From Lytechinus pictus (lineage: Eukaryota), in the NCBI RefSeq assembly GCF_037042905.1, contig NC_087251.1:17982001-18046000 (forward strand): DNA of 64,000 nucleotides. The letters are read 5' to 3'. Within the stretch, counting starts at the first letter, position 1, and every line of letters begins with the position of its first letter. A program made the translations under genes and the position numbers. Below are positions 61,222 through 64,000 of this stretch, one piece after another. The notes beneath the pieces were generated by a model. It worked only from the letters and a program-made list of their open reading frames with translations, had not been told where the DNA came from and ran no database searches.

Positions 61222-62946
61222 GGGGTGTTGCAAGAAACTTGATTGCAACCGATTGCAAATTTCAATTGCGAATTTGTGATGAACAGATCACTGAACTATA
61301 TCGACTCGATTTATAGACTTTTCTGCAAGAGAAGACGAACAAAACAATAAAAAATTTACAAACATTTCCAAGACAATTTATGATTGATTTGGGGACCAAA
61401 AATTTATTTAGTAATCGATTGCAAATTTCTTGCAATGCCCCCTTAGTTTGAACTGCATTAATACAAATATACTCATCCCATTGGTCTGATGGTTGCTCAG
61501 ATTTTACCTGGCCATACATGACTATGTACATGTAGCTACCATATTTGATCTTTCTTTGGTACAAAGATGAAGGGGGTATTCTGATCATTCAATTTATTTG
61601 TAAAGTTGGAACACAAATCCAAAAGGTGTTAACCACTCCACAATCATACCTCAACTGCAAAGAATTCTTTTACTCCCCTAGTGCATACATGAATCTTTCA
61701 TTCTTATCCCGGTTGCAAATGAAGCCCTTTCTATATTTTGGCTGTTTTTTGTGCTGAAAAGGAGTCCCTTTTGCATCACTTAAAATTTTGTATATTTAAT
61801 TCATTTCAAAATAAATATGGTTTCTTTAACCCATTCTGAATATAGCTACAATAATGCTTATGTGATATATCACTAATTGTTTGGTGTTTAATCTGCTTTT
61901 CTTATGTGATTTTCAATGTCTTCCTGTCTTTTCTTAATTGACAGACATGTACTTATTTTCACTATTGAGAGTAGACTACATCCCCACCCAAGTTGTAAAG
62001 TTTTATTATTAACCGTATCAGACATCTGAGCAGGGCAAATTTATTACATTATTGCTGCTTAAGACTGGGATCAAGTGGTCGGTCAATAAATTTCCATTTG
62101 TTTAACCACGGACAAATTGCCATAAAATGATAACTACCATGGTAACGGCTCTCAACAGCCAATCAAAATCAATCAAGAATTCCATGCAAGTTACCATTGG
62201 ATGGCAAATTGTCCATATTAAGTAACCTTTGTGGAACAGAGCTCAGGGCCCTGTCTTACAATGAGTTGTGATTGATCCGATCGTTCACAACTATGGAAAG
62301 CCAGCACCGTCAACATCTGAAATGCCTGTTTATTCAAATTATTTTCTAGATATGTCATATATTCATCATTTTCAGTGTGCTTCTCTTTGTTCACAAAGTA
62401 CATTGTGTAAATTTTCTGTAGAAAAAATTATGACATTGATGAATTTCGATATAGTTGACATTGATTAGATCAATCGTAACTCTTTGTAAGATGGGGCCCT
62501 GATGTTGTGGGTCTGTTAGGTCAGTGTTATTGTCTTGCCTATGCTCAAAACTCAAATGACTCAAAGAAATGAGAGTATATTCAAAGTAGAATCTGTGCCA
62601 TTCTATATATTTGTACGGCATTCACTATATGTTGTGATCGCATTCCATAAATTATCAGAATGACAAGCAATCTACTGGTAGGTCAGTCAATATCAAGAGA
62701 TTGGCTAGGACCCTGTCTTATAAGGAGTTGCGATAGATTAAACTAAAAATTGTAATTGATATAAAATTCCTATCTCTTAACTCTTTGTAACATGGGGCCC
62801 CTGGTCAAGAGTAACGATAGATTCAAATCAAACTTAACATTGTATTTGATATAAAATGAATTCCTATCCGTTATCTACACAAATTCAAATCAATTGCAAT
62901 TTGAGTTTGTTTTTAATCTTTCACATCTCTTTGTGAGATGGTGCCC
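61222..62946. mobile_element. Cluster of short Harbinger-like MITEs downstream of the TIMM9 stop codon
   Basis: GGGGTGTTGCAAGAAA / TTTCTTGCAATGCCCC (61222-61442). GGGCCCTGTCTTACAA / TTGTAAGATGGGGCCC (62246-62499). Related pieces at ~62707-62946. Similar elements lie in the last intron (~59918-60420). Confidence 0.7.
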
Positions 62947-64000
62947 CTAGTCAACATAAATTGTATTCTTGCTGTATTCTGTCACCAAAATTTTGAAATA
63001 GAATCAGTTTAGGCTGGTTCTGCTTGATTCCTGGTGATTTTAAAAGTGTGAAAGTGGCTTTTAGTCCAGACACTGATATATTACTAGTGAGAGAATTATA
63101 TGATGCAGCAGGTGTTATATGACATGTAATGCATCCCTGCTAATGAATGGACTGGAAGTGAGCAGTCATTAAAAGTGGGGTGTATTAAAGAAACTTTATT
63201 GGCTGGATTGTTAGGTTTCTATGCATCCAAGGAAAATAACACTCTCGAACGGGTTTTCTACATGCATTTGGAAAGTACTTCATTCCTAGTTTGCTATTTT
63301 GTGGATGGATTTGTAGATGTCATTTTCTTTGTTTACATTGACTATTTTAAGTTTAAATTCTTCTGATAGGTATTTTCAGTCTACTGTTTGCAAACTGGCC
63401 TCAGTGGTGCCCAAAAGTTAGTGAACCCTTCCTTAAAATGAACATGTTTAAAGTGTTCAAGTTCTGCCATGTTTTAGCGATTTAACAGTGAAGTCAGGTG
63501 ATCAAATATTTCATTTGATAGTTTGTTTCTCTGGGCTTGCTGAACATTGAAGTGTTGTTGTCTACATTCAACACTAAGCATGGGGAGTAGTGAGGTTCAC
63601 TATTTTTTAGCACAACTGTACATTATCAACATACTTGATGGTTTATTAATTTCTTTGAAGTTTTCAGAACTCAATTTGTATGATATGGTCAAGCCTGATT
63701 TTCATAAGTTTATGTTCTCTATTTATTTGTCTCATCCCATTTATCTTGCCCATAATGATTTTGGATGGACTTCCAGTTGTAGAGCTAAAAATTGAAACCA
63801 TATTGCTTAGTACCCAATCTGTAATCATTTGGACTACTTATTACAATTACATAACATTACCAGTAATATTAGTCAGTTTTTTCCACAGAGTTTAAATAAG
63901 ATATTATCCAGCATCTCAGGTGGGGATGCACACATTTTCTAACAAGCAAAATAGAAAAACATAAATAAATTTAAAAAAAATTTAAATAGAAAAAAGGCCT

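Overview
Eukaryotic, AT-rich, transposon-dense genomic DNA from a marine invertebrate, most likely an echinoid. That assignment is inferred from the repeat types and is not proven. Three host genes are supported, all on the + strand. (1) An intronless SLC7 L-type amino-acid transporter light chain at 22869-24386. (2) An intronless adenosine-receptor-like class A GPCR at 52653-53582. (3) A spliced TIMM9 gene (three coding exons, 59019-60954) that the ORF track missed. The first 14 kb is a decayed ~12.6-kb PIF/Harbinger transposon (1200-13781) with remnants of transposase and Myb/trihelix genes. A young I/Nimb-clade LINE with an intact EN-RT-RNaseH ORF2, two Deu/Nin-type tRNA SINEs and several MITEs have inserted into it. 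The rest contains many non-autonomous DNA transposons with recognisable TIRs and TSDs. These include Kolobok-like TTAA elements, hAT-like elements, a Zator-like element, an AcademH derivative carrying a RecQ fragment, twin Helentron-type HINEs carrying DR1 arrays, and a 34-bp perfect palindrome with an 8-bp TSD. I found no CRISPR, rRNA or bona fide tRNA gene. I could not establish a clearly new biological system. The best leads are the possible nesting or exon sharing of the GPCR with TIMM9, the non-ATG LINE ORF2 inside the Harbinger gene, and the minimal palindromic element.
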